Counted from the first letter of the stretch, positions 9,748 to 20,825 are shown. The stretch: 64,000 nucleotides of DNA from Acholeplasmataceae bacterium (GCA_963675245.1 OY775910.1:736001-800000); one strand, 5' to 3'. The notes: a model not told the origin generated them from the sequence alone. Numbers and translations are program-made.

Positions 9748-10278
9748 ATGAATATTTGGCATGACATTAGTAAAGAAAGAATTACACCAGATCATTTTGT
9801 TGCGTGTATTGAAATATCTAAAGGATCAAAGAAAAAGTATGAACTTGATAAAGAGACGGGCATGATTATTCTTGACCGTGTTCTTTTTACATCAACTCAT
9901 TACCCTGCAAATTATGGGTTTATTCCAAGAACATATGCAGACGATAATGACCCGCTTGATGTGCTAGTTTTATGTCAAGAAGACATTGAACCATTGTCAA
10001 TCGTGAGAGTTTATCCGATTGGTGTGATGAAGATGATTGACTCTGATGAAATCGATGAAAAAATCATCGCGATTCCATTTGGTGATCCATCACTCACACA
10101 ATACAAAGATATTAAAGAATTACCAAATCACTTATTATCTGAAATGAAACATTTCTTTGAAGTATACAAATCACTTGAAGGAAAAAGAACATACATTTTG
10201 GATGTTGAAGGTCCAAAAGCTGCAAAAGAAATCATTGCAAAAAGCATGAGAGTATACGAAGAAAAATTTGGGAAATAG
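9748..10278 (+). CDS. ppa: Family I inorganic pyrophosphatase
   Basis: KYELDK, YPANYGFIPRT, DNDPLDVLV. Confidence 0.95.
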   Translation: MNIWHDISKERITPDHFVACIEISKGSKKKYELDKETGMIILDRVLFTSTHYPANYGFIPRTYADDNDPLDVLVLCQEDIEPLSIVRVYPIGVMKMIDSDEIDEKIIAIPFGDPSLTQYKDIKELPNHLLSEMKHFFEVYKSLEGKRTYILDVEGPKAAKEIIAKSMRVYEEKFGK

Positions 10279-10289
10279 AGGTCAAACCG

Positions 10290-11006
10290 ATGGGAAGAGC
10301 ACATGAAGTTAGAAAGGTTGCGATGGAAAAAACCGCAGCTGCAAAATCAAAGTTATACGCAAAGTATGGTAAAGAAATATACATGGCAGCAAAAAGTGGT
10401 GAACCTGATCCTGATTTGAATCAAACGTTAAAACGATTGATTGAAAAAGCAAAGAAGGAACAAGTAACTGCGGATGTCATCAAGCGCGCGATTGAAAAAG
10501 CGAAAGGCGGCGGCGGCGAAGATTATTCTTCAGCACGTTATGAAGGATTTGGTCCTGGCTCAAGTATCGTAATTGTTGAATGCTTAACAGATAACGTGAA
10601 TAGAACGATTGCTGAGGTTAGAAACTGCTTCACAAAGACTGGTGGAAAAATCGGTGTAACAGGTTCTGCAACACACATGTTTAATCATCAAGCATTCTTC
10701 TCGGTAGCGAACATTACTGAAGATGAAGTACTTGAAATTTTAATTGAAAATGACATTGATGTATCTGATATTGAAAGTGACGAAGAAGGTGTTACAATCA
10801 TTGGCGAATCAACCGATTATAACAATATTAAAACAGCACTTTTAGATAGTAATCCAGAGATGGATATCACAACAGATGAAATCATGTGGTTACCAATGAT
10901 GGAAACAGAGTTAAACGATGAAGAAAAAGAGAAGTTTGAACGTCTTCTCGACTTACTCAATGAATTAGACGATGTTCAAGACGTTTATCACAATGTCGCT
11001 TTATAG
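10290..11006 (+). CDS. YebC/PmpR family protein
   Basis: YEGFGPG, ECLTDNVNRT, DDVQDVYHN. Confidence 0.95.
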   Translation: MGRAHEVRKVAMEKTAAAKSKLYAKYGKEIYMAAKSGEPDPDLNQTLKRLIEKAKKEQVTADVIKRAIEKAKGGGGEDYSSARYEGFGPGSSIVIVECLTDNVNRTIAEVRNCFTKTGGKIGVTGSATHMFNHQAFFSVANITEDEVLEILIENDIDVSDIESDEEGVTIIGESTDYNNIKTALLDSNPEMDITTDEIMWLPMMETELNDEEKEKFERLLDLLNELDDVQDVYHNVAL

Positions 11007-11018
11007 GTAAAATGTATG

Positions 11019-11047
11019 GGACTGCTACGCAGTCCTTTTTCTTTTTT
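11019..11047 (+). terminator. Intrinsic terminator
   Basis: GGACTGC-TAC-GCAGTCC plus T-run. Confidence 0.8.
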
Positions 11048-11153
11048 ATAGCATTTATAAGGTATGATTTATCGTTATGAAAACGTTACAAGATTTCTTT
11101 CATTTAAAAATTTATTATGTTATAATAATGTAGAATTGCGCGAGGAGGAACTC

Positions 11154-12407
11154 ATGAGCTTAAAATCATTTGATCCTGACATTCAAAGATATATCGAACT
11201 TGAAGAAAACAGACAGGAACACCACATCGAATTAATCGCATCTGAAAACTTTGTTTCAGAAGCCGTTTTGGAGGCTCAGGGATCTATTCTTACGAATAAA
11301 TATGCTGAAGGTTATCCTAATAAACGCTACTATGGCGGATGTGAGTTTGTCAATCTTGTTGAAGACGCCGCACGCGAACGATTGAAAGAACTTTTTAATG
11401 TGACATACGTAAATGTACAGCCACATTCTGGCTCTCAAGCAAACATGGCTGTATTTATGGCGCTTCTAGAACCAGGAGATACTATTTTAGGCATGGGCTT
11501 AAATGAAGGCGGACACTTAACGCATGGGTTCCATTTAAACTTTTCTGGTATGCTATACAACAGTAAGACATACGGTGTTTCGCATGATACTGAGTTAATC
11601 GATTATGATGATGTCAGAAGAATTGCATTAGACGTAAAACCTAAATTAATTATTGCAGGCGCATCTGCTTACTCAAGAACAATCGATTTTTCGAAGTTTA
11701 AGGAAATTGCAGATGAGGTAGGTGCTTATCTCATGGTGGATATGGCACATATTGCTGGATTGGTTGCTGCTAAAGTGCACCCATCTCCAATGCCTTATGC
11801 AGATGTCGTGACATCGACAACCCATAAAACATTACGTGGACCACGTGGCGGCATTATATTAACGAACAATGAACAGATCGCTAAAAAAATAGATCGTTCT
11901 GTTTTCCCGGGGATGCAAGGTGGACCACTTATGCATGTGATTGCTGCTAAGGCGGTTGCATTCAAAGAAGCCCTTACACCCGAGTTTGTTACATATCAAA
12001 CACAAGTTGTTAAAAATGCTAAAGCGTTAGCACAAGCATTTAAAGATTTGGGTTACCCGATTGTATCTGGAGGAACGGATAATCATCTCTTGACGATTAA
12101 CGTTAAAAAGAAATTTGGTATTACAGGTAAAGTTGCAGAGACGTTATTAAACAACATAGGTATTACTTGTAACAAAAACACACTACCAAATGATGATGAA
12201 AAACCAGCATACACAAGTGGTTTAAGATTAGGAACACCCGCTGTTACTACAAGGGGTTTTAAAGAACCTGAAATGATAATAACTGCGTCTCTCATTGATC
12301 GTGCTCTCACGCACAGAGACAACGAGAGTGAGCTAAAAAAAATACAAGAAGAAGTGTATAACATGACAGAAAAATTTCCATTATATAAGGGAGGAGCAAA
12401 AGCATGA
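11154..12407 (+). CDS. glyA: Serine hydroxymethyltransferase
   Basis: [38 protein letters not shown] before ATG 11154. Confidence 0.97.
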   Translation: MSLKSFDPDIQRYIELEENRQEHHIELIASENFVSEAVLEAQGSILTNKYAEGYPNKRYYGGCEFVNLVEDAARERLKELFNVTYVNVQPHSGSQANMAVFMALLEPGDTILGMGLNEGGHLTHGFHLNFSGMLYNSKTYGVSHDTELIDYDDVRRIALDVKPKLIIAGASAYSRTIDFSKFKEIADEVGAYLMVDMAHIAGLVAAKVHPSPMPYADVVTSTTHKTLRGPRGGIILTNNEQIAKKIDRSVFPGMQGGPLMHVIAAKAVAFKEALTPEFVTYQTQVVKNAKALAQAFKDLGYPIVSGGTDNHLLTINVKKKFGITGKVAETLLNNIGITCNKNTLPNDDEKPAYTSGLRLGTPAVTTRGFKEPEMIITASLIDRALTHRDNESELKKIQEEVYNMTEKFPLYKGGAKA

Positions 12408-13702
12408 TTGCTAAAACAAGGCATATACCTGACGGTAAAAAAGAACTAAAAGCCTTGCCGATTGAACACTTTCTTGATTCTGAATATTTGTACTACCCTG
12501 TAACAAGTGCACGTTGTCCTGAAGGAGAAACGTGTGTTATTGGTGGTCAGTTTGTAAAAGTTGGAGAAGTGATTGGAACACGTAAAGGTGCCTTCTTTGA
12601 ACAACCAATGCATGCAACAGCGAGTGGTGAAGTCAAAGGTTATGAAAAACATGTCGATCAAAGTGGTAAACTTGTTGACTGTCTCATTGTTAAAAATGAT
12701 TTCAAATATGAGTTACATGAATCAATAACGGATAGAACAGATGCAGAAATTGACGCACTATCACGAGAAGATTTTGTCGATATCGCTCAAGAAGCTGGCT
12801 TAGTGGGATTAGGTGGAAGTGCGTTCCCAACGTATATTAAACTTCAAACAACTGATCCAATTGATACAGTTATCGCGAATGGTGTTGAATGTGAACCATA
12901 TTTAATAGCTGACTATGGACTCACAATGACAAACCCACTACCTATTCTTGAGGGTTTGATTTACGCGATGAAAGCGAGCCATGCGAAACATGGTATTATC
13001 GCGATAAAAAAGAAATACAACGAATTATATGAAAGATTGAATTTCTGTGTAAGACAATATAGAGATTTTGATATTAAGATTGTTAAAATAGGCAACTATT
13101 ACCCACAAGGTTGGGAATTAGAAGTGATTAAAAGTACGACTGGCATTAAAATTCCACAAGGTCAACTACTTTCTAAATATGGTATTTTAGAATTCAATGT
13201 GTCAACACTTGCGAGCCTTTATGCAGCTGTTAAACACAGACTACCCGTTTTAGAAAGACTCTTTACGATTAGTGGAGATGGCGTACATAATAAGAGTTTC
13301 AGAGCTAGAATTGGTACACCTATCCCTAAATTGATTGAACACGCAGGTGGGTATAAAAATCCAGAAATACCTAAAGTGTTGATTCTAGGTGGCCCAATGA
13401 TGGGTGTCAATGCAACTGATGACAATATCATCATGACGCATACCACGACAAGTTTGATTGTATTAAATGATAAACCCGAAAAAGAAGAACCATGTATTCA
13501 TTGTGCGTCATGTGTTTATTCATGTCCGGTAGATATTCAACCGACACAAATTATGAATGCATATAAAGCAAGAGATAAAGACATGATTCAAACGCTTGGC
13601 GTTAATAAATGTATTGAGTGTGGCCTTTGTGCATATGTCTGCCCATCTAAGATTCAATTGACAGATTATATGAGAAAAGCAAAGAGCTTCGCAAGAAAGT
13701 AG
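12404..13702 (+). CDS. rnfC: Rnf complex subunit C
   Basis: [32 protein letters not shown], two CxxCxxCxxxCP motifs. Confidence 0.92.
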   Translation: MIAKTRHIPDGKKELKALPIEHFLDSEYLYYPVTSARCPEGETCVIGGQFVKVGEVIGTRKGAFFEQPMHATASGEVKGYEKHVDQSGKLVDCLIVKNDFKYELHESITDRTDAEIDALSREDFVDIAQEAGLVGLGGSAFPTYIKLQTTDPIDTVIANGVECEPYLIADYGLTMTNPLPILEGLIYAMKASHAKHGIIAIKKKYNELYERLNFCVRQYRDFDIKIVKIGNYYPQGWELEVIKSTTGIKIPQGQLLSKYGILEFNVSTLASLYAAVKHRLPVLERLFTISGDGVHNKSFRARIGTPIPKLIEHAGGYKNPEIPKVLILGGPMMGVNATDDNIIMTHTTTSLIVLNDKPEKEEPCIHCASCVYSCPVDIQPTQIMNAYKARDKDMIQTLGVNKCIECGLCAYVCPSKIQLTDYMRKAKSFARK

Positions 13703-13710
13703 GATGAAAT

Positions 13711-14781
13711 ATGACATTTGTTAAAAAAGAGAGTCCTTATATCCGCAAGGATACAAGCTCTAACAAGATGATGATTGACGTATTAATTGCGTTAATTCCT
13801 GTCACACTGTTCGCGATTTATCGTTTTCAGTTTGACGCCGTCATTCGCTTAATCGTTTCACTTGTTGTGATGATTGGGTTAGAGGCTATATCCGTTGCGA
13901 TAATGACAAGACCAAAGGGCGATAAGTTCTTTGAAAAACTTAAATCTCGTTTTGTGAACTATTCACTTACAAATTTGACTGCACCTGCAGTAAGTGCTGT
14001 TATATTTGCATTAATCGTGCCATCACAATTACCAATATATGCGGTTATCGTTGGTGCTGCATTTGCGATTATTATCGTGAAAATGGTGTTTGGTGGTTTA
14101 GGATCTAACATCTTCAATGTCGCTGCCGGTGGACGTGTATTTATTGGTATTGCCTTAGCAGGTATGTTCAGTGGTGCGTATACTGGTATAGATGCTTTAG
14201 CTGGTGCAACGCCGCTTGGTGCACTAGCAAATAATGATTTTGGATTCTTGTTGCACAGTTATACAATAGGTGACTTATTTATTGGTAACATTCCTGGTTC
14301 GATGGGAGAAATCAGTGCACTTGCTATCTTGTTAGGTCTTGCATATTTATTAATTAGAAGAACTGCCGATTGGCGCACTGTGGCTTCAACATTAGGTGTA
14401 TTTGTCATCTTAACATTATTTGTGGCATTAGCTAAATACCCCGACAATGTTGGCAATTTCATCTTATACAGTGTATTTTCTGGTGGTTTATTATTTGGTA
14501 TCACATTCATGGTGACAGATCCAGTAACATCTCCTGTTACGGGCCCTGGACGATTCTTATATGGTGCTTTAGTCGCATCTGTCATTGTTTTAATTCGTAA
14601 TTTTGGCTCTTATCCGGAAGGTGTAGCATTCGCTATTCTCTTCTCAAACATGTTTGTTCCACTTATTGATTTTGGTAAATGGTCAACCAATAAATGGAGA
14701 CCGTGGTTTATTGTGGGCTTAAGTGCCTTCATAATCGCGATGTGCTTCGTTGCATTCTTTGGCGCAGGAGGTAGTTTCTAA
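13711..14781 (+). CDS. rnfD: Rnf complex subunit D
   Basis: FGGLGSNIFN, AGATPL flavinylation motif, GSMGEIS, TDPVTSP, YPEGVAFA. Confidence 0.93.
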   Translation: MTFVKKESPYIRKDTSSNKMMIDVLIALIPVTLFAIYRFQFDAVIRLIVSLVVMIGLEAISVAIMTRPKGDKFFEKLKSRFVNYSLTNLTAPAVSAVIFALIVPSQLPIYAVIVGAAFAIIIVKMVFGGLGSNIFNVAAGGRVFIGIALAGMFSGAYTGIDALAGATPLGALANNDFGFLLHSYTIGDLFIGNIPGSMGEISALAILLGLAYLLIRRTADWRTVASTLGVFVILTLFVALAKYPDNVGNFILYSVFSGGLLFGITFMVTDPVTSPVTGPGRFLYGALVASVIVLIRNFGSYPEGVAFAILFSNMFVPLIDFGKWSTNKWRPWFIVGLSAFIIAMCFVAFFGAGGSF

Positions 14782-15761
14782 TGAAAAAATTCTTTGAACA
14801 AAACCCTCTCGTTCACTATACAATCGTACTCACGATCGTTGCCATCGCTTGTGGTTTAGTCATTGGTGGTATTAATGCGTGGACAGCACCTATCATTGAA
14901 GAAAATGCTTATAAAGCAAAAGTTGCTGCTTATCAATCTGTTTTACCTGATATGGATGAATTTACAGAATTAGACACGTCTAGTGATCCTGATAGCATTC
15001 AAGAAAAAGTAGAAGCGAAAGATTCAGATGGTATTGTGATTGGTTATATTATTAATATTAATCAAACAAATGGTTATGGTAATATGCAAATCGTTATGGC
15101 GATTGGTGCAGATGGTACGATTTTGTCTGCTGATTTCTTGCAACTAAATCAAACATTAAATTTACCTAATACAAGAGAAAATCTTCAAATGTATGTTGGG
15201 CAAAACATCAACGCACAACATAATTATGATTTCTTATCTGGTGCCACAAGAAGCTTAGAAACACTTACAGCGATGATGTTAGATGTTAATGAAGCGTTTG
15301 GCAATATTGATATTGAACCAACTGTAGATATCGAAGCAGAAAGACTTGAAAGATATCAAGGTTTATTATCAGATACAGCATCGTTTACAGAATTAGATGT
15401 ATCAACTGATCCTGATTCAATCGTGATTAAAGCTGAATTGAAAGATGCAAGTGATGCTGTCATTGGCTATGCAATTGAAGCATTTGATCATAACAATTTT
15501 GGCGATTTACAAATCGTGATTGTTACAGATACAGATGGTTTAATCGTAGGTGCTGAATTCGTCACTTACGCAAATAGTTATTTTGAAACTCAGATGAATG
15601 CCGTATTAGATGATCTTGTAGGTGATAATATCGCTAATGATTTAACAGATTATTTATTAACTGCACCATCATCAACAGATACAGTACCTTCAATGGAAGC
15701 TTTATTATCTGATGTTACTGCAGCATTTGACCATATTGATACGGAAGGAGCTGGTGCATAA
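14781..15761 (+). CDS. rnfG: RnfG-like membrane-anchored protein with duplicated FMN-binding domain
   Basis: N-terminal TM plus TAPIIE, NGYG, SGAT motif; internal repeat FTELD..SDPDSI / FTELD..TDPDSI. Confidence 0.75.
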   Translation: MKKFFEQNPLVHYTIVLTIVAIACGLVIGGINAWTAPIIEENAYKAKVAAYQSVLPDMDEFTELDTSSDPDSIQEKVEAKDSDGIVIGYIININQTNGYGNMQIVMAIGADGTILSADFLQLNQTLNLPNTRENLQMYVGQNINAQHNYDFLSGATRSLETLTAMMLDVNEAFGNIDIEPTVDIEAERLERYQGLLSDTASFTELDVSTDPDSIVIKAELKDASDAVIGYAIEAFDHNNFGDLQIVIVTDTDGLIVGAEFVTYANSYFETQMNAVLDDLVGDNIANDLTDYLLTAPSSTDTVPSMEALLSDVTAAFDHIDTEGAGA

Positions 15762-16735
15762 TGAAAAAACAAACACTATTCCTTATTATCGGTACGGCAG
15801 TGATGCTCGTTTTGGGGATTGCTTTAATCCTAACAGTTAATCTAACGACAACAAATGATCCAATAGAACTTCTCTTTGGTATGCCAGTAGAATTACGCGG
15901 CGAAACAGATGTTGAAGATTTCCCTGGTGGACAAAACTTCACCTATATCAAATCAAAGGCAATTGCATTCGATGATGAAAATGATAGAGTCGGTGTTGTC
16001 TATGATGTCGTGATTAGAAATGCATATTCATTAGATGTCACTGATTATTATGGTGAAATAGAATTATTAGTAGGTATTGATACAGATGATAAAGTCTTTG
16101 TCTCAATCGTAAGACTTGATCAATCATCTTGGACAGTGATGGGAATTCAAGCATACATTCTAGAAACATTCAATGGCATTGATTATCAAGATGTTGAAAC
16201 ATTACCAGAATTTGATGCTGCTAACCCAACTGCAGGTGCAACAGCTACTGATAGTACAGGTACCATCAAACAAGCAGTACTTGATGTCATTTATCTTCAT
16301 TATGATGTTAATGTAGATCCTTATTTAGGTGTACTTGGCGATGCATATACAACAGAAGTAGACACAACATTTACATCAACTGCACATGTCACAAACAAAT
16401 TGAATATCACATCATCAACAACTGTTCCTAATGGTGTCATTTATGTGGTTACTGGTTCTGGTGTGTATTATGAGGATTCATCAGCTTCAATTACATTATG
16501 GGTTATCGTTGATGAAAACGATCAAATTTATAAGATTTTAATGCCTGAAGAATTATATGGTCATTCACCATTTTTACATGATAATAATCTAGCATATTTA
16601 GATGGATTTATTGGTGATACGTTCGCAGAAGTAGCTGCTACAATGACAACTCTTGATGGGTCTACAGGCGCATCAAATACGAATGCAGTAATTCAAGAAC
16701 TGCTAACGGCACTTGTAAGTGAGGTGAGTAATTAA
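15761..16735 (+). CDS. Second membrane-anchored multi-FMN-binding domain protein
   Basis: N-terminal TM; TAGATAT and STGASNT candidate flavinylation motifs. Confidence 0.65.
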   Translation: MKKQTLFLIIGTAVMLVLGIALILTVNLTTTNDPIELLFGMPVELRGETDVEDFPGGQNFTYIKSKAIAFDDENDRVGVVYDVVIRNAYSLDVTDYYGEIELLVGIDTDDKVFVSIVRLDQSSWTVMGIQAYILETFNGIDYQDVETLPEFDAANPTAGATATDSTGTIKQAVLDVIYLHYDVNVDPYLGVLGDAYTTEVDTTFTSTAHVTNKLNITSSTTVPNGVIYVVTGSGVYYEDSSASITLWVIVDENDQIYKILMPEELYGHSPFLHDNNLAYLDGFIGDTFAEVAATMTTLDGSTGASNTNAVIQELLTALVSEVSN

Positions 16736-17463
16736 TGACAGAAGCTAAGAAGAAACCTGTAGGAAAAGCAAAAAGTACAGGTGAACAATCATTACTCCAA
16801 ATCTTTACTAAAGGATTTTGGAAAGAAAATGGTATCTTCGTTATGGCGCTTGGTTTATGTCCTGCGCTTGCTGTTACCTCAACGTTTGAAGGTGCGTTTG
16901 GTATGGGGATCCTCGTTATGATTATTCTAACGGCGACCAATACAACTGTTTCTCTGATTAGAAAATTCGTACCCGATACAGTACGTATTCCAACCTACGT
17001 TATTATTATCGCGACTGAAGTTACTGTCTTAAAGATGATGGTAGATGCATTCGCTCCAGATTTAGCAAATGTATTAGGCGTATTCATCGCGTTAATTACT
17101 GTTAACTGTATTGTATTTGGTAGAGCGGAATCATTCGCGTCTAAAAATACGGTTGTAAAATCAATGCTTGATGGTTTGGGAGTTGCTATTGGTTTTGCAT
17201 TCTCACTATCAATGATCGGATTTATACGTGAATTTATAGGTACAGGTGCGATTAAACTAGGTTACACATTACCACTAGGATTCCAATATACATTATTTGG
17301 CAATACCGTGCTTTCTGATTATGCGATTTCTGTACTCGTGAACCCACCAGGTGCATTCTTAACGATTGGTGTGTTGCTTGCTATCTTCACTTGGTATAAA
17401 CAAGCAAAGACTGTTAGAGATGCCATGAAAGCTAAAAAGTTAAGGGAGGCTAAAAAAGCATGA
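16735..17463 (+). CDS. rnfE: Rnf complex subunit E
   Basis: LGLCPALAVT, VRIP, LITVNCIVFGRAESFA, PPGAF. Confidence 0.95.
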   Translation: MTEAKKKPVGKAKSTGEQSLLQIFTKGFWKENGIFVMALGLCPALAVTSTFEGAFGMGILVMIILTATNTTVSLIRKFVPDTVRIPTYVIIIATEVTVLKMMVDAFAPDLANVLGVFIALITVNCIVFGRAESFASKNTVVKSMLDGLGVAIGFAFSLSMIGFIREFIGTGAIKLGYTLPLGFQYTLFGNTVLSDYAISVLVNPPGAFLTIGVLLAIFTWYKQAKTVRDAMKAKKLREAKKA

Positions 17464-18032
17464 GTTTACTTCTATTATTAATATCCTCCATCTTAATTAA
17501 CAATATCGTGTTGATGCAGTTCTTAGGATTATGTTCATTCTTCGGTGTCTCAACAAAGATGAAGTCAGTTGTTGGTATGGGATTAGCAGTTATCGTCGTT
17601 ATTACATTAGCAGCGGCGATTACTTGGCCACTATATTATTATGTTTTACAACCTTTAAATATCGCTTATATTGATACGATTGCGTTTATCTTAGTGATCG
17701 CATCACTCGTTCAATTAACTGAATTAGTGATTAAACGTGTCAGCCATTCTTTATATAAAGCACTTGGCGTCTATCTACCATTAATCGCGACGAATTGTGC
17801 GGTTTTAGGGGTAGCTTTACAAAACGTTGCAGTAGATAAAACTTATAGTGAAGCACTTGTTTATGGTGTTGGTTCAGCAATGGGTTATGCGTTTATTATT
17901 ATTGTGTTTGCTGCAATTAGAATCAGACTTGATTCAGCAAACGTTCCTAGAGCTGTCAAAGGCTTACCTATTGCATTTATTACAGCTAGTTTAATGGCGT
18001 TAGCGTTTATGGGACTAGGAGGCATGATTTAA
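17460..18032 (+). CDS. rnfA: Rnf complex subunit A
   Basis: NNIVLMQFLGLC, LGVYLPLIATNCAVLG. Confidence 0.95.
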   Translation: MSLLLLLISSILINNIVLMQFLGLCSFFGVSTKMKSVVGMGLAVIVVITLAAAITWPLYYYVLQPLNIAYIDTIAFILVIASLVQLTELVIKRVSHSLYKALGVYLPLIATNCAVLGVALQNVAVDKTYSEALVYGVGSAMGYAFIIIVFAAIRIRLDSANVPRAVKGLPIAFITASLMALAFMGLGGMI

Positions 18033-18262
18033 TGGATCTAGTACAATTTTTAATTTTGCTTGCTATTGTAGGCGGAGTGATCGGCTTATATGTAGCAACC
18101 ATGTATTTAAATAAAGCAGTTGCTATACCTGAAGACTGCAAACATGCGTATGACGAAGCACAAACATGTGGTGTTTGTGCATCTCATGGATCATGTACGA
18201 TTGCTGGAAGCGAAGATAAATTCCAAGACGCCATCGAATTCATGAAGGAGGTTAAATTATGA
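18032..18262 (+). CDS. Small membrane protein with four Cys, inside rnf operon
   Basis: TM helix then C...CGVCxxxxxC; overlaps both rnfA stop and next start. Confidence 0.7.
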   Translation: MDLVQFLILLAIVGGVIGLYVATMYLNKAVAIPEDCKHAYDEAQTCGVCASHGSCTIAGSEDKFQDAIEFMKEVKL

Positions 18263-18579
18263 TTGATTTATTTTTACCTCTCCTCATTTTAGGTGCGTTG
18301 GGTATTGTGATGGGAATTATCTTATCACTTGCCAATCGATTCTTAACGGTTGAAGAAGACCCAAGAATTGATGCTGTTGAAAAATTATTACCAAATTATA
18401 ATTGTGGTGCTTGTGGTACACCTGGTTGTCATGCATTTGCAGAAGGCATCATTATGGGTGAAGTGAAAAAACTTTCACGTTGTAAACCTGGTAAACCAGA
18501 TAAGCATTTCAATCCAATCTTAGAGTTCTTAAAAGATCATCCAAATGTTGATGGATCAAAGATTGATGTAAAGATCTAA
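18259..18579 (+). CDS. rnfB: Short RnfB (membrane anchor plus N-terminal Fe-S domain only)
   Basis: EEDPRI...LPNYNCGACGTPGC...C.PG; no ferredoxin domains. Confidence 0.85.
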   Translation: MIDLFLPLLILGALGIVMGIILSLANRFLTVEEDPRIDAVEKLLPNYNCGACGTPGCHAFAEGIIMGEVKKLSRCKPGKPDKHFNPILEFLKDHPNVDGSKIDVKI

Positions 18580-18604
18580 AGGACACATTGTTGTCCTTTT
18601 CTTT
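18578..18604 (+). terminator. Probable terminator after rnfB
   Basis: AAAGGACA-CATTGT-TGTCCTTTT. Confidence 0.6.
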
Positions 18605-18627
18605 GCAGGTATGAAAGAAGGGGTCTT

Positions 18628-19692
18628 ATGAAAAAAACATTAGTATTACTTATCGCAATATTCGGATTATTCCTTTTTTCTGCGTGCCAAGAAAGCACAC
18701 CGGATATCAAAGATTATACAAAATCGTTTATAAACGATTATATGGACACATATATTAGAATCGACTACGCGACTGATGATGCAGATTTAGCGGCTGAAAT
18801 CGCGTTAGGCGTTGAAGATATTCTCGCTCATTATCATGATTTAACAAACAATTATGAAGGACCGAGAGATGTGAATAACAGCCCTAATATTTATGAAATC
18901 AATCAGCGAATTGGTGAAACGATAGCGATTGATCCAGATTTATATGATATTTTAGTATTATCAGAAGAACTTAAAACATTGACAGACGGTTATTTTGATA
19001 TTGGCATTGGTAAACTAGTTGATTTATGGAAAGCTGAAATTGAGCATGGTTATGAGAATAATACGATGACCGAAATGGCATTTAATGCTGTCACTGCGGC
19101 ATCCGACGCACTTGATTTTTCTGGTAATGTGATTGATTTATCAGTTGATGGCTACATCACAACGGCTGGAGAACATTTAAAACTTGATTTAGGTGCGATT
19201 GCGAAAGGTTATGCGACACAAAAATTAAGAGAATATCTTATGGATAAAGAACTTGTATACTTCATGATTAATAGCGGCACAAGTTCATTTGTATTTGGAG
19301 AAAATAGAAATCGCGATACAGGTTTATATCATATTGGATTAGAAGATCCGATGAATACAGGTGTACCATATGGTGTGGTTTACGTTAAAAATACAAGTAT
19401 CACGACGAGTGGTAACTTTGTACAATATGTGATGTATAACGAGTTACGTTATCACCATATAGTTTCGCCACTTACAAAAAGACCAGAACAGTATTATCAC
19501 ACTCTGAGTTTAATCGCAGATGATGCAGGTGTGCTAGATGCATTATCTACGGCATTATTTTCTATGTCACCAAGTGTATTATCGTCTTGGTTAGAGGAGC
19601 ACCAAACGGATTTAGGATTAGAAGTGATTAGTTATAATTATGATTTAAGTATCTCAACATATCTCATTGATACGGTATTTGAGGAACAATAA
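18628..19692 (+). CDS. apbE: FAD:protein FMN transferase lipoprotein
   Basis: FSAC lipobox, GYFDI, LDLGAIAKGYA, TTSG, YHHI, DALSTALF. Confidence 0.92.
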   Translation: MKKTLVLLIAIFGLFLFSACQESTPDIKDYTKSFINDYMDTYIRIDYATDDADLAAEIALGVEDILAHYHDLTNNYEGPRDVNNSPNIYEINQRIGETIAIDPDLYDILVLSEELKTLTDGYFDIGIGKLVDLWKAEIEHGYENNTMTEMAFNAVTAASDALDFSGNVIDLSVDGYITTAGEHLKLDLGAIAKGYATQKLREYLMDKELVYFMINSGTSSFVFGENRNRDTGLYHIGLEDPMNTGVPYGVVYVKNTSITTSGNFVQYVMYNELRYHHIVSPLTKRPEQYYHTLSLIADDAGVLDALSTALFSMSPSVLSSWLEEHQTDLGLEVISYNYDLSISTYLIDTVFEEQ

Positions 19693-19693
19693 A

Positions 19694-20194
19694 ATGAAAC
19701 AATGGGGCTTAAAAACAAGAGATTTATTGTTAGCGGCAATTTTACTGCTATTAGCTGGTGGTGTTTTTATCACGATTAGGATTATCGCGTTGAATAGTGA
19801 CGCCTCATATGCTAATGTGTACTATGGCAGTTCAAATGAACCTATTGTTGAAGTTAATTTTGATTCAGGATTGGCACAAGTCAATTATGAGCAAAGTGTC
19901 CCAGAAAGTTATACCATCACTTATCCTTATATAGAAAACGGTCAAAATGATGCTGGTCATGCAGTGATTTGGGTGACATTGTTAGGTGACTATGAAATAG
20001 ATCATATAAGACAAGAATTGGTGATTGAATTTGATTTAGATCAAAAATCAATTCAAATTATAGAGGAAGAAAGTCCACAAAACATTTGTAGTAGACAAGG
20101 GATATCGACATCAGCACCACTCATTTGTCTACCCAATCGTGTCCGTGTAGAGTTTGTCACATCAGGTGATGTTGACATCGACTATTTGAGTTAG
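19694..20194 (+). CDS. NusG domain II-containing membrane protein
   Basis: TM then SPQNICSRQG...PLICLPNRV. Confidence 0.8.
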   Translation: MKQWGLKTRDLLLAAILLLLAGGVFITIRIIALNSDASYANVYYGSSNEPIVEVNFDSGLAQVNYEQSVPESYTITYPYIENGQNDAGHAVIWVTLLGDYEIDHIRQELVIEFDLDQKSIQIIEEESPQNICSRQGISTSAPLICLPNRVRVEFVTSGDVDIDYLS

Positions 20195-20197
20195 CCT

Positions 20198-20716
20198 ATG
20201 AACAGAAGAGAACAGACAAAGAAAATGGTGTTACTTGCTAATTTTCTAGCGATAGCCATTGTCTTAAACATTGTTGAATCGATGATTTCTATCATCCCCG
20301 TACCTGGTGCTAAAATAGGATTCGCTAATATTGTTACGTTGATTATTATCTATATATATGGGTACAAAGAAGCGACGACAGTAACCATACTTAGAATTTT
20401 ATTGGTGGCGTTGCTAAGCGGAAGACTCTTTGGTCCTACTTTTTGGTTAGGATTATCTGGATCAATATTATCCTTATCAGTGATGATTGTTATTCATAAA
20501 TTTAAATTATTCGGGACAGTTGGCGTGAGTGTTTTGGGTTCGTTTTTCCACAGTATAGGACAGATTATCGCAGGTATATTTGTGCTTGGTAGTGTCGCGG
20601 TTTTAACGTATTTACCCATCATGTTATTGATTAGTATACCGGCAGGTATTCTAACTGGGATGATCGCGGCTAAATTTGTCTCAGTTTGGACAGCAACACA
20701 CAACGAAAAAACCTAA
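20198..20716 (+). CDS. Gx transporter family (heptaprenyl diphosphate synthase component I-like)
   Basis: PVPGAKIGFAN, GVSVLGSFFHSIGQ. Confidence 0.85.
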   Translation: MNRREQTKKMVLLANFLAIAIVLNIVESMISIIPVPGAKIGFANIVTLIIIYIYGYKEATTVTILRILLVALLSGRLFGPTFWLGLSGSILSLSVMIVIHKFKLFGTVGVSVLGSFFHSIGQIIAGIFVLGSVAVLTYLPIMLLISIPAGILTGMIAAKFVSVWTATHNEKT

Positions 20717-20825
20717 TTTTTTGAAAGTGGAAACAAATGCTTGCACTCGTGTGGGCTTAATGATATAATGTATTCGCAAAACTTACTATGGCGGACAAAA
20801 AGCCATGGCGGAAGGAGACCAAACG

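Noticed and set aside
11076..11092. TTATGAAAACGTTACAA upstream of glyA-rnf as a Rex or cre site
   Set aside because: Imperfect symmetry and wrong length for either consensus; cannot be supported without comparative data.
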